Shown: piece after piece, positions 12,801 through 27,624 of the stretch | Position numbering within the stretch: position 1 is the first letter of the stretch | Layout: each line of letters opens with the position of its first letter | Assembly (NCBI GenBank): GCA_951406725.2 | Contig: OX597834.1 | Location: 34,534,001 to 34,598,000, forward strand | DNA from: Octopus vulgaris | Lineage: Eukaryota | Direction: 5' to 3' | Length of the DNA stretch: 64,000 bases | Notes under the pieces: model-generated | Told to the model about the DNA's origin: nothing | The model's database searches: none | The model's input: the letters and a program-made list of their open reading frames with translations, nothing else | Made by a program: the position numbers and the translations under genes

Positions 12801-13359
12801 CTATTTATCTAACTCTCTACTTAACTACGTATCTTTTCCTGCACTCTTTTTCCTTTCCCCGTCTTCCGAAGCTGTTAATTTGATGACTGGTACAGATTCC
12901 ACTCCAGTTTTTATCATAATACGGCTATCATGTCAGGGAACATTTTATTCAATATGGCTTTGTACTGCATTCTAACTCAATGTAAAAGAACATCATACTG
13001 AGGCTCAAGGAGAGAGAGGGGAAAGGAGAAATTACATTAATGAAGATTAAAAAAACCAAAACAGTTGTACTGAAGACCCTGGCAAGTGTAACACTTGATT
13101 GGATAGAAGTGAGGAAGAGGGTATTTTTAATTGTTGCTGTAAGTCTTCATTACAAAAGGGGAAGGAAAAAATAATATATTCAATTACAGGCATGACTGTG
13201 TGGTGAAGAAATTTGCTTCAAAACCACATGGCTCTAGGTTTGAGCCCATTGCACAGCACTCCTTGGGCAAGTGTCTTCAACTACAATAGTTTCAGGTTGA
13301 CCAATGTCTTGTGAGTGGAATTTGGTAAATGGAAACTGTGCAGAAGATCTATGCTAAGA

Positions 13360-13680
13360 AAATCATTGCAAGAGCATATCCAAAATGAGGTAATTCAAGA
13401 ATGGAACAGTGTGGAGAACATGATCAGAGAATACCGAAAGGACTAGTTCTGCTAGGCCAGGTATGTCACAAGGTTCACAGGTAAAAGGTGGGCCTGTGCA
13501 GTTGACAAGTGTTATCCAAGAGATCAGAAAGGACCACTTAGAATGCCTCCATGGCAATGGGGAAAGGAAGACAACTTAGCTGAATAATTTGGGACAAGAT
13601 GGAAAGAAGGGCACAATCAAGGAAGAATTGGAAGCACATTGTGACTAGCATCAATGTAAAAGACTAGAAAGGCAGTACCT
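13360..13680 (-). mobile_element. Decayed RTE-type LINE 3' coding remnant
   Basis: The minus translation PFTCEPC... resembles the terminal C2H2-like motif of RTE ORF2. It is frameshifted. Confidence 0.45.
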
Positions 13681-13831
13681 TAGCATGGCTGTAGTCCAAT
13701 AATTGAGACCAGTAAAAGAATTATGTAATGTTCAACATTCAAGATTATTAGTCCCTGGGAGATTTTAAGTCAGACTAGTTAAAGGGAATACAGCCCATAG
13801 CAACAACAACAATTATTATTATTATTATTAT

Positions 13832-14212
13832 TCAAATTCCACCAAAGTCAGCTTGGCCTTTCATCCTTTTGGGATTAATAAAATAAGTATCAGTTGAACA
13901 CTAGGGTCAATGTATTTGACTGCCCCACCCTCACCCCTACTGAAAAAATTGCTGACCTTGAGCCAAAATTTGAAACCATTATTATAACTGCTGCTAAAGT
14001 GGCAAGCTGGCAGAATTATTACTGAGCAGGAGAAAATAGTTAGTGGCATTTCTTCTGATTTTACACCCTGAGTTCAAATGTCACTGGGGTCAACTTTGCT
14101 TTTCATCCTTTCGGGGTCAATATAATAAATCCCAGTTGGACACTAGGGCCAATGTTATTGACTTACTTCATTCCATGAAATTTCTGGTCTTGTGCCAAAA
14201 TTTGAAACCATT
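13832..14212 (+). mobile_element. Two tandem copies of SINE family 'B'
   Basis: GGCAAGCTGGCAGAAT...GAGTTCAAAT...CTTTTCATCCTTTCGGGGTC...CTTGTGCCAAAATTTGAAACC. Confidence 0.8.
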
Positions 14213-14574
14213 ATTGTAACTGCTGCTGCTAACACCAAACTTCTACAACCACTAATTAGATATAACAATGTATCATATGATCTGCTAATGAGTTCTTGAT
14301 ATCAAAAGCTTGCATATAACTCAAGTAAAATTATGGGGTTTTTTTTTAATCACATTAGCAAACTGATTCAACATATTTACCTACAGTTTTACATATATAA
14401 TTATGAAAAGCCTCTGTTGTAGATTTTTTTAGTCTGTGTGTGTGTGTGTGCGTTTGTGTGTGTGTGTGTGTGCGTTTGTGTGTGTGTGTGTGTGCGTTTG
14501 TGTGTGTGTGTGTGCATGTGTGCGCATGCACGCATGCTTGTGTGTATGCATGCATGTTTAATAGGTTAGTCAGA

Positions 14575-14770
14575 GAAGGAAGGCAGCCTCTATGACACTT
14601 CTTCAGAGATTCTGAGACTAGTGAATGAAGTGGGGAGGCCATCTTCATATTGGAGGCCTGGCTTGAATGTTTGCAACACAGTAGACTCTACTAAAGGTAC
14701 CCAAGAACTTGGTGATGATGTAAACTGGCTGATGGATTAAATCTATCACCCAAAACAGAGAACAGTCTCC
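14575..14770. mobile_element. Unclassified dispersed repeat (second copy at ~37005-37180)
   Basis: Both sites share CAGAGA..TGAGACTAGTG...GACTC.ACTAAAGGTACCCA...CTATCAC. Confidence 0.6.
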
Positions 14771-15263
14771 TCGGTAAGCTTCTACATTTTTCCACTGCCA
14801 AACTTCATTCCCTAAGCTTTGGTCAATCTCAGACTGTCGCAGGTACCACATAATGGAAATCAAACTTGAAACTATAAAACTGTGAAGTGAACTTCTTCAC
14901 CACACAGCAATATCTGTATACATGTATTCATTCCAACTATTGTATTGTGGTTATGCTAGAGCACTGCATCTATAATAATTGTTTGTATTTTAAAACTATT
15001 TTAAGAGAAAAATTTAAACCCTGTCTTTAGTAAAACTTTTCTAAAAAATTTTAAAAATCATAAACATATATTCAATATCATAAATTTGTAAGATTAATCA
15101 GATTGATAATTATTCATTCATTTTGATTAGATACAAATACAATTTTACCTTGAAGCAAGGAATAATAATTTGAATAAAAAGTTTGCAACTCTTTGTAGTC
15201 ACTGTTTGCCGACAGACAATCACTAGTTTCCTAAGATTCTACTGTTCTGCTGTCATAGTTAGT

Positions 15264-15385
15264 ATTTACCCAGAAGGTAAGGTATAATAATTTGAATTTA
15301 CCAAGAAGTAGGATATAATCATTTGAATTTACTTAGAGGTAGGGTATAATGTTTTAAAGTTTTTTAAGAGTAATATATAATCATT
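15264..15385. repeat. ~31-bp minisatellite, ~4 diverged units
   Basis: ATTTACCCAGAAGGTAAGGTATAATAATTTGA-like units. Confidence 0.7.
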
Positions 15386-18300
15386 ACAAAGTTTTAAGCA
15401 AAACTTTTGAGTATGAGATGTTTTGGTGCAGCCATTTTGGCCCCACATATTTGGCATCACTGATTCAATGCTGACCTATTGTCATCAAACATTTTAATGT
15501 TTCTCTCATTCTCTCTCCCTATTTCTCTCTCTGTTTGTGTGTGAGCGTATTTCTCTTTATGTGCATGAGGAGAGTGAAAGTTAATAAACTGTAATATCAC
15601 TCTTTCTCTCTCTCACTTTCTCTTTCTGAATGTGTATGTGTCTGCAAGTACATGTGTGTCTTTGCCTCAAGTGCTTTAAAGTACTGTTGCCAAAATGGTT
15701 TCAATGTCTAGTCAGTAATGTCAAATTGCCAACATCTGAACAGTCACATCCAATTGTCCCATTTTGTAAGCAAATATATTCTGCATGAAAAAGTCATCTT
15801 AAAAATCCGTGTCATAAAGTATGGGTTGGAACCATTTTCCACTTCAACTAGAAGGTTGAGTTATATCTAACTAGGCAGAGGTTATTGTGAGAGTCTGGAA
15901 TAAAACAAATTGACATACTGCCTGATAGTTGTTTACAAAAAAAAATAGGAAAATTCAAGTTCAGTTGGACAGCTAACCTTTAAAAGAAAATCAATGTTGA
16001 AAAGGGATACCCTTTGTAATCATTCAATCTGATAGAAATAGCAGCCAAATCATCTACAAATATCCTGCTCATCCTAAAGAAAAGTCACATTGGCCAGTGT
16101 GGCCCAACTAAAAACATATATTTGAATCCTGAATAAAAGACAACATGGTCACAACTGAAACATATTTGGTTATAGGTCAGTTAACTTTCAAGGTTGAGCT
16201 CAAGTGAAGCAATTACACTAATGAAATAATTACATTAAACATAGAAAATGAAGAAAAGTTCACAGATATTTGAAGCTAAGGCAGATACAAGGTAGTGTCA
16301 GGAAAATTATAATTTTTTTATATATGGCAGTGTGGTTAAGAAGCTAACTTTGCAACCATGTGGTTTTGGATTAAGTGTCTTCTATTATAATAGAAAACAC
16401 TTGCCCAAGGTGCTATACAGTGAGACTGAACCCAATACCATGTAATTGTAAAGTGAGCTTCTTAACCACACAGCCATGTGGGCATCTATACCCCACTAAA
16501 CTTCTCTAAAATCTTGGTTATTTGGAAAATTAACTGAAACACTGAGTCATCTTCTTTTTCTTCAGTCAGGCACAATCACACACACTACTCCATATCTCAT
16601 TCATAACAGAATTTTAATGGTACTATTCCACAGTTATGTCTTTAAAAGGTAGCAATACCTCAGTTTACTGTTCCTCATAGGAATACTTTGACTGTTGGGA
16701 TTTAGTTTCAGCCATTGTCAAATGCCAAGAACAACTGAGAAGATTCATTCAGGATTCGCAGTCATAATCCCATTGCTTGAAGAATCTTTGGAGAATAGCA
16801 GCATCAGTTAATGAAATTGGTCCAAACATTTGATTGAAACTTTATTTTGTTAACTCTGGAAGAATGGAAGGCAAAACTACCCTCGGTGGGATTTGATCTC
16901 AAAATGTAAATGGCTAATGCTAAATATTGCATGGCATTTTTGCTTTATAGCTACAAAACAAGTCATTAGTAAAGACACATGGTCAGCAAAGAGTTAAAAG
17001 ACACAGTCTACTGTTGCTTGAAATATAGACAATTAAATTATAAATTCTAATAGAGTCCATGCATTCACTGATGAGGTCATAAGATTAAAATATATCAGAA
17101 GTGATCCACCATATCAAACACTAACTGAACATATGATCTGTTGTTTGGTAAATGACAAAAAGATTAAGCTCATTAGATGCAAATAATTTTGAAAAGTCTT
17201 TGTGAGTCTCACTGCACCAACATTTGTGCTACCATTAGAATGTTCATCAATTCAGATGTTCTATAAACTCGTTAGTTAAAGAGAAAGCCATTCATTAACA
17301 AAAACTGAATCAATTTTCATAATTTCGTTAATATTAATCTTGAGAAATAAGTTGTTATTTCTTAATTTTTATCTAATATTACAAGTAAAAAAAAAGTACT
17401 TAATAATCTTAAATGTAAAATGAAAAATTAATCTTAACTTTCTCTTTACTTTTTTATCATGTCCAAAGTATTGTATTGCAAGATTCAGGTGAATTTTCTC
17501 TTTATGTCTATTTGTGTGTGCATGCGTGTGCATGTGTGTGTGTGCGCATGCACATCTGTTTATGTATGTGTATATGTATGCATGTCTACTTGTACGTGTG
17601 TATGTCTCTGCCTAGATATCTGCATGTATGTGTGTGTGTGCCTAGATATCTGCATGTATGTACATGTGCTTTATATATTTTAACCAAGTTCATTTTGTGT
17701 ATTTAGGCTTTTGTCTATGTGTTTAAAGAATATTCAGTTTGAATGTTGTATGAATGCATATGATCACATGAATTACGCAGTTTTGGTGAGTGTATATAAA
17801 GATAATGTGTATGTGTGTGTGTGTATTTAGTTTTAACACAATGGTGTGTATGTGTGTTTAGACAATAAAGGTATTTTAGCAATTTTTCATTTTTGCTATT
17901 AACAATTTAACAATGTCAGTGAGTTAAAACAATTCTATTTACTGAGTACAATTAAATACAGATGATAGGCAAGACAGATACAAAAAACATCATCATCATC
18001 ATTGCCGTTGTTGTTGCTGCTGCTGCTCTTATACAACAACCAGCAGACCTTTACCAAAAGAAGAAAAAGAAGAAAGTGAACAATAATGTGTGAGAATTGT
18101 TTTATTAATGGGCCAAACATGACAGGCCATTTATCTGTAGATCTACTCAGTAATAAGTCATCTGATCAAACAAATAACACATTGATTTTTAACTCAATTT
18201 TTACAAAATTCAAGATGTGTGCCATCATATGTTCAATTCTAACTTAATGAATAATGTTCCTGGTTTCTATTTCAAGGTGTTGTAGAGATAATTTATCAAA

Positions 18301-19334
18301 GTGTAAACTAGATCTTTCAGGGTTTATCCCAGTTATGATAATAATAGAAAATAGAACATTCTAGCAATCATTTCTTCAGCAGAAATGAAAGAAAGCATTA
18401 CTTTACACAGATTTGAAGAAACATACAAAATATATAAACAATTTAAGGAAAATTAAATTATAGTAAAGAAAGAAATGAAAAACAGACTTCTCAGCAGCTA
18501 GGTCAAGAGTTTTTCAACAATCACTAGTAAAACAAAGGTGCTAATAGAGTATATTTCAAATATAGAATTATCTAGATATTTATAATTAAACTGACATATA
18601 TCGTTGCCATAAATAAAACCCAAACAACTATTACATTCATTTTGATTAAATGATTTTATATTCATGGAAACAAAATGTCAAATTTTGCCTGAATTTTTCT
18701 CTTACATTTTTGAAAATTTAATCTTAAATAAATCACAAGAATTTGACAGGACTAGTCCTGGTTTCCTTCAGATACCTGATAAAAAAAAAATTGAAGAGAG
18801 AACATGTAATCTTCCTGAAGCACTGAATATAACAAGATGATCCATTTGCTGCATAAAGTAGCACTTACACAAGCATTGCACATAAACAAAAACAGAAAAA
18901 TGTAGAGAGACACACACACGTGTGTGTGTGTATGTGTGTTCCCCTTTCTCTTTGTGTGTGTGTGTGTGTGTATACAGAGAGATGGGAAGACACACACATG
19001 CACACAAGAGGTTAGCTGAAATGATAGCAATGATTGAATTTTATTTTCAAATACAGTACAATAAACTAATCTATAAAAGCAATATTTATCATAAACATTG
19101 CACTAAATATCCACTCAGTTCTTCCTTTTGTTCTACACGTCTTGCCAGGCAAGTAGGTGGGGATGTTACTTCACAACTACATAACTTTTGGGTTTGATAC
19201 AGCTTCACATTACTTTGGGAAAGTGTCTTCTATGATAGACTTGTGTAGACTGAAGACATGTAAATGAAATATGATTGACAGAAAATGCATGGAAACCTGT
19301 CAAAGGAGCCATTTCTGTTTTAGGGTGATACTGT

Positions 19335-19510
19335 ACTCAGTGCTCCTGTGGGACCCCTACATGGACACACTAGAAGAGGGAGACCAAGAATGATATATGT
19401 TGATGCCCTAAGGACAGACACATGTCTCTGGGAGACACAGGACATAGCAGCGATGATGAGGGACAAAGACCGCTGGAGAGAACTCATCCATGGATCTCAG
19501 GAATTTTGCC
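19335..19510 (+). mobile_element. RTE-clade LINE 3' end remnant
   Basis: Translates with frameshifts as LLWDP.HGHTRRGRPRMIYVDALRTD...MMRDKDRWRELI, matching the RGRP...DR..WR C-terminal signature of RTE ORF2. Confidence 0.7.
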
Positions 19511-20383
19511 CACCCTAGATTTATACATATATATATATAACATTAATGTTATAATGTTCAGAATATCTTATTTCCCTATCTATTATATTCCCCTAAATAT
19601 TTCACTGTGTATGATGTACTCACTACATATTTCACTATCCATATCAGAAAACATCTCACTATCCATAATATACTACAGAACATTTCCGTATCCATCACAT
19701 AGCAGTAAATATTTAACTATTTTTGGTATAGCTACAAAATATTTCACTATGCTATAACCCTAAATATCCCTCTTTCCATGGCATAGCCCTAAAGCAATAA
19801 AATCAGTTCTGAATATGAAAATTACTCAGAATATAAATGTAACAAGAGATGGGCAGTGATACCACCCACATTGTAAACAGTAAAATAACCAGAAGAGAAA
19901 TAGGGAGAAACTGATGAAATCCTATTTGCTGATTGAAAAGCTAAATTGCTGGCATAGCTGGAAAATATTTCAGTGATTGGGAATGGTCATAAAATCTGTA
20001 TTATTGTTAATGAATAAATGGTATGGTGACCAGAAATCAAAGTAACAAAAAAAAATTATATATAGAGAGAGAGGAAGGGGTGCAAAGTGTTTATAGAAAT
20101 GATAGCATTCCAGACTAAATCTGTTGTGGCAACAATTTACAGGTCATGCTCTGATGTAAGTGGGCTTATGATTTTGTTCCTAATCCCACAGAGTTATTGT
20201 TGTGGTTATATTTTAGCTCAGGTCAGCTTGGTGTTGATGTTGTTTAGTCTGAAGTTAATCCCAGTGAAGTAGAGCTATGTGCAAAAGCAGTCAAACCATG
20301 ACCATCCCGTTTGTTTACTTTTCAGAAATAGCATTCCCTAGACAACATTATCCACTGTTACCCTTTTCATCACAGCTTCATCT

Positions 20384-20448
<65 letters not shown>

Positions 20449-20589
20449 CAGCTGAAATTGCCATTCATCTCCTTTACTGCAAGATATCTATTTCTGTCAT
20501 CATTTGGCTCAAAGTCTCCTCCCTCAACACTACTTCCCCACTTTGGTTGAGGGATCTTGTTTTGCAATTTACTTAATGATCTTACTGCT

Positions 20590-20765
20590 GTTGCTGCCAC
20601 ATAGGAAGCACTCCATAAAGTGGTTGGTATTAGGAAGGACATCCAACCTTAGAAACCATGCCAAAGCAGACAGTAGAGTTTGGTGCAGTCTTCTGTCTTG
20701 CCAGTTCCTGTCAAACCATCCAAACCATGCCAACATAAAGCAAGGACTTAAAGGAGATGGTGGTA
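20590..20765 (-). mobile_element. Dispersed repeat family 'E' (LINE-3'-related or SINE), representative copy
   Basis: The motif GGTTGG.ATTAGGAAGG.CATCCA...CCATGCCA.CAT recurs at ~21340-21460, 42550-42660, 55500-55860, 56375-56640 and 58890-59010. Confidence 0.6.
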
Positions 20766-22898
20766 GTGATGTTGATGATTTGAGAAGAGATTTGGCTGTT
20801 CTTTTTGACTGGTCAAACTATCACCTTACTAGTTCATATTAATACAGATGATAAGATGGTGATTACTGTTGCAATAGACCTTATTTAGACCAAAGAAGTT
20901 CCAATTGTGGCCACTCTGTATTTGGATTATTGTATTTAGTGTTGTTTGTATTGAGTGACTCAAGATAGCCCTAATCCAGTATTAGACTTTCTCTACTCAT
21001 GACTACACTGCCTTTTAGTCATACAATATATCTATGAGTACATTATTCATATTATATGTCTGCTTACTGTCCCCAATTAATTTTTTCAGGAAAATTGTAG
21101 TGCAAGCTCATTATTTAAAAGACAGTGTATTTCATTGGAAATATGGTAAGGAAAGAGTTAAAGGGCAAGCTGCTATATAACTCTGCTTGCACCAGTCTGT
21201 CTGGCTAACTGGCAAAAATAATAAAATCAGATTCCACTTCATTCATACTATATGGTTGAGTGGTTAATGGTAGGAAAGGCCAGCTGCTATAACTTTTGCT
21301 TGACTGACTGACGAATAGACAGGCTCCACTCCATTCATACATTACAGTTGAGTAGCAGTTAGTGGTAGGAAGGGCATCAAGCTGTGAAAGAAAAAACAAA
21401 AATGCTCCAACAAACATGCTATCCTACCTAGCCAACCATTGAGAAATAGATGTAGCATGATTAAAATATTTATATAGATATATACATATATTTACAAATG
21501 AAAATAAGGAAAAGTAGTGTTTTGAAAAAGCAGCAAAATTGAAAATATTTTTAAAGACTCAAAAATTTGGTTTAGTAAAACGTAAGGGGGGGGGGTCAGA
21601 AATAAGTTAATATGATTATGAATTCTTAAAACAAAAACTACACCAGCCTATAATTAGCAGATTATATATAGTTAGTCATATAAAGGTGATAATCCCAGTA
21701 AGATGGAGATTTTATGGTATTTATACAATTGATTTTATTCAAGGCTTCTGTCAAAACTACTGTTAATGTTTTAGTATACATACGTATACACATACGTAAA
21801 TATATATAAGTGTATGTGTACATGCTTGAGTATATGTGTGAACATATATTACTCTTCACACAGAAATAGGTTACATATTGATTATTTCATAGCCATAATG
21901 CCTATGATTTATGAGAGAAAGATAGAAGATTAGGTGACATTCATGCCACTGGAGGGTCAACATCAAAGTAAAACAGTTACAATGCAAAACTCAAACTAAT
22001 TTACTGACTTCACTTAGATGTAACTTGCCTATTTGATGTGGCACAGTGACAGCTTGTCTACTTTGCATGACACACAGACAGCCACTAAACAGTACATTAT
22101 GCTGGGGAGGAGCTAAAGGCACTTGTGTAACCTTCACTTCAATTAACAAAGGAAATTCCGTGTCCCTTCAAATCTGTGTCCAGTATGTGGAGTCAACTTG
22201 TCCCTCACATGCCCCTCTTGCTAAGCTTCTGGCAGCTTGTCTACATAACATTATAGCAGCCTGTCTACTCTCAGTTTCTTTTCCAAAAATCATGCAACAA
22301 ATTGTTTGATTCTTAATTACAATTACTAATCAACCTTGGTTTCCACAATATCCTCCATATAAACGTGATTATCATTATCATCATCACCAGCAACATGATC
22401 ATGATTATTACCTTCCCCACCATTATTACTACCAACGTCATCATGAATTTTACAATTACCAACACCACCATGATTATTACCTTCATCACCATTACTATGA
22501 TTTGTGATCATTACCACTACCACCACCATCATTACTGATAATCATCATGATTATCTCCATCAGGTTCAACAGCCCCGCCACCATCATGATAATCATTACC
22601 AGTACCATGGTTCTTATCACTACCATTGTGACTGTCACCATCACTACCAATCATTATTATCATCACCACATTCATCACCAGTCTTATATTTACTTGATCA
22701 TGATATATATATATATATTTATATATATATAGCACAATGCAAGACCGCACCTTTGATGCAAGTCTGAGGTGCCATTCTAATGTCTAAAACTGCAAATATT
22801 ACGTCAATTTTCACTGCATTGAAAGCAGAGAGGGTACTGAATCAATTGTAACTGAACATTAAAGATGTGTTTAAGTATTACTTTGTCTTATTATTTCG

Positions 22899-23746
<848 letters not shown>

Positions 23747-24522
23747 CTAAATATGATATAGTAAAGTTTAGATATGTTGCTATTACCAACCCATAAGTGG
23801 ATGATCAATTAGTTGGTAGGGAGGTTAATTCTTATCAAGGTTTACATATTATCAAATATAACTGAAATAAACATAACACATCTCTCACAGTAATATACAT
23901 AAACATGTGTGTGTGCATGCGCATGCACGCACGTGTGTGAATTAACAAATTATCATATCATATAACATATATGAGATAACCGTATTTGTTCGCACAGACA
24001 TGAGTGTATGTGTGTTAAAGACAGAGAGAAAGGAAGAGAGAGAAAGGGAAAGAGCGAAGGATTATTGTATTTCGTGGAAACAGGATTTATTCATAAAGAC
24101 TGTGCAGAGTCAGAATGAGTTGCTTGCCATTCCAATCTAAATGTGAGTCCCATGAGTTTTCATGCACAGCTCCACTCAACTAACTAATGTATGTCACAGC
24201 CCAGCAACACAGATATTTTACTGCGACTAAGCCAACATTCTTTATTATTATGACCAACAATGGGAAAAACAAAACAAACAAACAAAAGTAAGAAAAGTAA
24301 GAAAATCAATGTTAGATATTGTTGGAGTTTCTGTTTTGGTTTTTGCAGTTACAATAGACAGACAAGTTCAAGAGTCTTTTGTTTTTGTTGGGTAATGTAA
24401 GTCAGGAGAAGAGGTGCAATGCCAGTGGTCTTTGCCTGTCATACTCATGGACTGAGGAGATTGATATGGTGACTTTTTGTCTAACCTGAACAACTGCAGG
24501 TCAATATCTTAGAGCAAGCATT

Positions 24523-24755
24523 GCTGCATGGCTTAGTGGTTAGGGTGTTGGACTCGTGACTGTAAGATTGTGGTCTCAATTCCTGGACTAGGCAAATGAG
24601 TTGTATTCTTGAGCAAAACACTTCATTTCATATTGCTCCAGTCCACTCAGCAGGTAAAAATGAGTAATCCTGCAATGGACTGGTGTTCCATCCAGAGAGG
24701 AATATATATACACCAGAGAAACTGAGAAGCTGGCCCTATGCTCCTTACAGAGTAA
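24523..24755 (+). mobile_element. tRNA-derived SINE (head plus core)
   Basis: TGGCTTAGTGGTTAGGG A box and GGTCTCAATTCC B-box-like motif. The core CTTGAGCAAAACACTTCATTTC...GCTCCAGTCCACTCAGC is shared with 43380-43500 and 45425-45470. Confidence 0.75.
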
Positions 24756-26042
24756 TGTGAATTGAGCAAACATTGCTGCAACTAGAAGCAGAGACTTAAT
24801 CTAAATGCTAGCAAAAGAGTGAATTCTAAAGATAGCCAAGGACAAGCATGGTAGTATGGTGTTAAACGAGGATTGTGTTCAGGTGTTAAACATGGTTATA
24901 TATTAGTCTTACCCCCAAAGGACCAGGTGGGGATGTTAAACGAGGTGATGTGTTACAGTTATCACCCAAGAATCACTCAAAAATCTGCTATGTTTAGTAT
25001 ATAATACGGAATGTGACAAGACCGACACTTTGAATTACAGGCACAAACTGTGTAAATATGTTGTTGCATAACCTCAGATCAACTCTGATCAAGAAAACCT
25101 ATGACCAAAATCATTACAGGTGTGACCAAACCCTTCATTTCAGGAGTGTATAGGGAATGCATTGTGTCCTTCCTTGTTTATGACAGGATTATGATTTGAA
25201 GGAAGTTTGGTTGCCACTTCTAGAGGTCAAGTGATAATGCATGGATAACCTCATTGGCCTGTTTTTAAATATGCACCCTAGGTTTGTAAGAAGCAGTAAC
25301 ACTATACTTAGCAAGTGAAGTAGTGGTAAGTTTAGGTCCTCTTATTGTCTTGGGCCACGATAGCAGCACTCACACAATGGTCATGTTTCAATCACTTGTA
25401 TCACCACCACCATGACCATCACATCAAATTAAACTTGATATGGAAATCAACTCAGTGTATCTCTCACAACTGACAAAGACCCCTAAATCTCTGACATGTG
25501 CTATGATGCACTAATCCATTCAGCTTTAGGTGACTATCATCACAAAAGATTTACTGAACTACAAAAGCATTACATAAAACATTCAGATAAGCTACATGCC
25601 CAAGGCACTATCAGTTATGATGATGAGTGATCCAGTTTATTTGATCAACTGAACATCCTGCATGTGAAATTAATGTGCAAGTGGCTGAGCACTCTACATG
25701 AAATCTTCTAATATTTGTCAAAAGACTGTACCAAAGAGAATCAAGGATTTGAGGGATTTTAATGAGCAATTATTGTGATTAAGACATAAACAAAAAGGTA
25801 CAAGAAGACACTATTCTAATAAATATATAAGAAACTTAAAAGAAAATGTTTCAGTTTAAATACTGGGGATTTTTTTGGTGTTGGAGATTGCCTTATTTAT
25901 TGCACAACTCAGGTGAAACAAATACCACAAGCCATTCTGCTCAAAAATGGCAAGTTATTTTTCTCAACAAAAAATATGTGTATATTTGTGTGTGTGTATG
26001 TGTGTGCATGCATATATTTACTTCATAAGTATATTTTCTCTT

Positions 26043-26341
26043 GCCGGCAACCGTGGAGAATGGCGACATACCGTAAAAGAGGGAATACAAAGGAGTGACA
26101 GAGAGAGAGAGGAGAAATGGAAAGAAAGGAAGAGACGTAAACAAGAGACTATGGCACTACAACCAGCCAGGAACAGTCTTCGCTACATTTGCGGTACCTG
26201 CCAGAGGGAGTGTTTGTCCAGGATAGGACTACACAGCCACAGCAGGAAATGTATCAGGACATGAAATATAAAAGCCGGACTAGACTACTTCATGCGCAAC
26301 TCCATTGTCTCCCGAGACAGAAAGGATGCCAATACAATACA
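26043..26341 (+). mobile_element. Young 5'-truncated RTE (BovB-like) LINE insertion with 12-bp TSD
   Basis: Open frame AGNRGEWRHTVKEG...ERKRRKQ...YICGTCQRECLSRIGLHSHSRKC*, then a short 3'UTR and a (CAATA)n tail. TSD ATATTTTCTCTT at 26031-26042 and 26342-26353. Confidence 0.9.
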
Positions 26342-26665
26342 ATATTTTCTCTTAGGTATGCAGTTTCCAGGCATACCAGCTCATGATTTTACAAGCCATG
26401 AGCATATAAGTCGTTGGACTGGCCAGCTGACCCAGGCGAATAGGTGGTGTTGATAAGCCACAAAAATAGTGAAATATTGATGTCAATCACTCCCAAATGG
26501 GATTGAGGGTGAGTTCTCTCACCTGTCCATGGCATTAAGGTGTTTTAACACTGGCGGCATGAAAGTTATATACTCCACTACGCCATTGCAGCCACTGGAA
26601 AATACACAAAGCATATACATTAGTATATGTATTTAACAATTTTATTACACCAGAGCTGCTTTTAC

Positions 26666-26692
<27 letters not shown>

Positions 26693-26702
<10 letters not shown>

Positions 26703-26827
26703 AATTTAGATTCAGTAAGGTATATAATACCACTTGCGAAAATCAGTTTATGGTGGTTTTTCGGAGCATTGGCTCTATTTTAGCAAGTGGTATTATATAC
26801 CTTACTGAATCTAAATTTACCTTATAT
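26693..26827. repeat. Perfect 45-bp inverted repeat (hairpin) embedded between (TA)n tracts
   Basis: 26693-26737 is the exact reverse complement of 26783-26827. Confidence 0.95.
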
Positions 26828-26905
26828 TGTGCCTGTAATGGTGTGAACTTGCTAGCCACCTTATTATTACCTTATTAATGCTATTAATAATGGCAATAAT
26901 GCTTC

Positions 26906-26953
<48 letters not shown>

Positions 26954-27567
26954 TGTATATACATATATGTGCATGCATATAATGCATATATATATATATA
27001 AGTATAAATAGAAACCACATGCACACAATCACAAACGTGTGTGTGTGTGTGTGTAATGTGCTTCTGGACAGTTTTCAGTTTTCCATTCCATATAAGGTTA
27101 TAGTAAAATACCTTGGGTACCATGCTATGAGATTGAGCCTAGAACCATATGATATACAGCAAGATGCCTAAGTATTTAACCATGCTGCACTCATATTTGT
27201 TTCTTATCTAAAGGGCTTGCCATTTTTATCCTTTGAAAACCATATATGTAAAGTCATTGGGTTGGATGCTTAAACAAACTAAAAAGTAGTGGGAGGAGGG
27301 AAAACAGGAAGAGATTTATTTTGGTGAATATGGAAAAAAAAATTGTGTCTTCAAGGCCAAGGAAAGTAGAAAAACATATAAAGTCTGCAAAGATCTGGAA
27401 TGATTTGGAACTGCAAGACAGACTAATATCAAATGATTTACATAAAACTAATTTATGATAGACCATATATATATGGAATACTGGGAAATTACATGACAGT
27501 CATATAGAATACTGATGAAGCAGTGTATGATGCATGTGTTAGATTATATACATTGCCACTCACATTA

Positions 27568-27624
<57 letters not shown>

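Noticed and set aside
15149-15231. Possible minus-strand exon (ETSDCLSANSDYKELQTFYSNYYSLLQ)
   Set aside because: The acceptor lacks a polypyrimidine tract, and there is no resemblance to SCAI or any family I recognise.
22326-22767. His/Asp-rich ORFs
   Set aside because: Degenerate (CAT)/(CAC) trinucleotide repeat region.
25947-26264. 105-aa ORF as a C2H2 zinc-finger gene
   Set aside because: It is a chance fusion of flank with an RTE LINE C-terminus bounded by TSDs.
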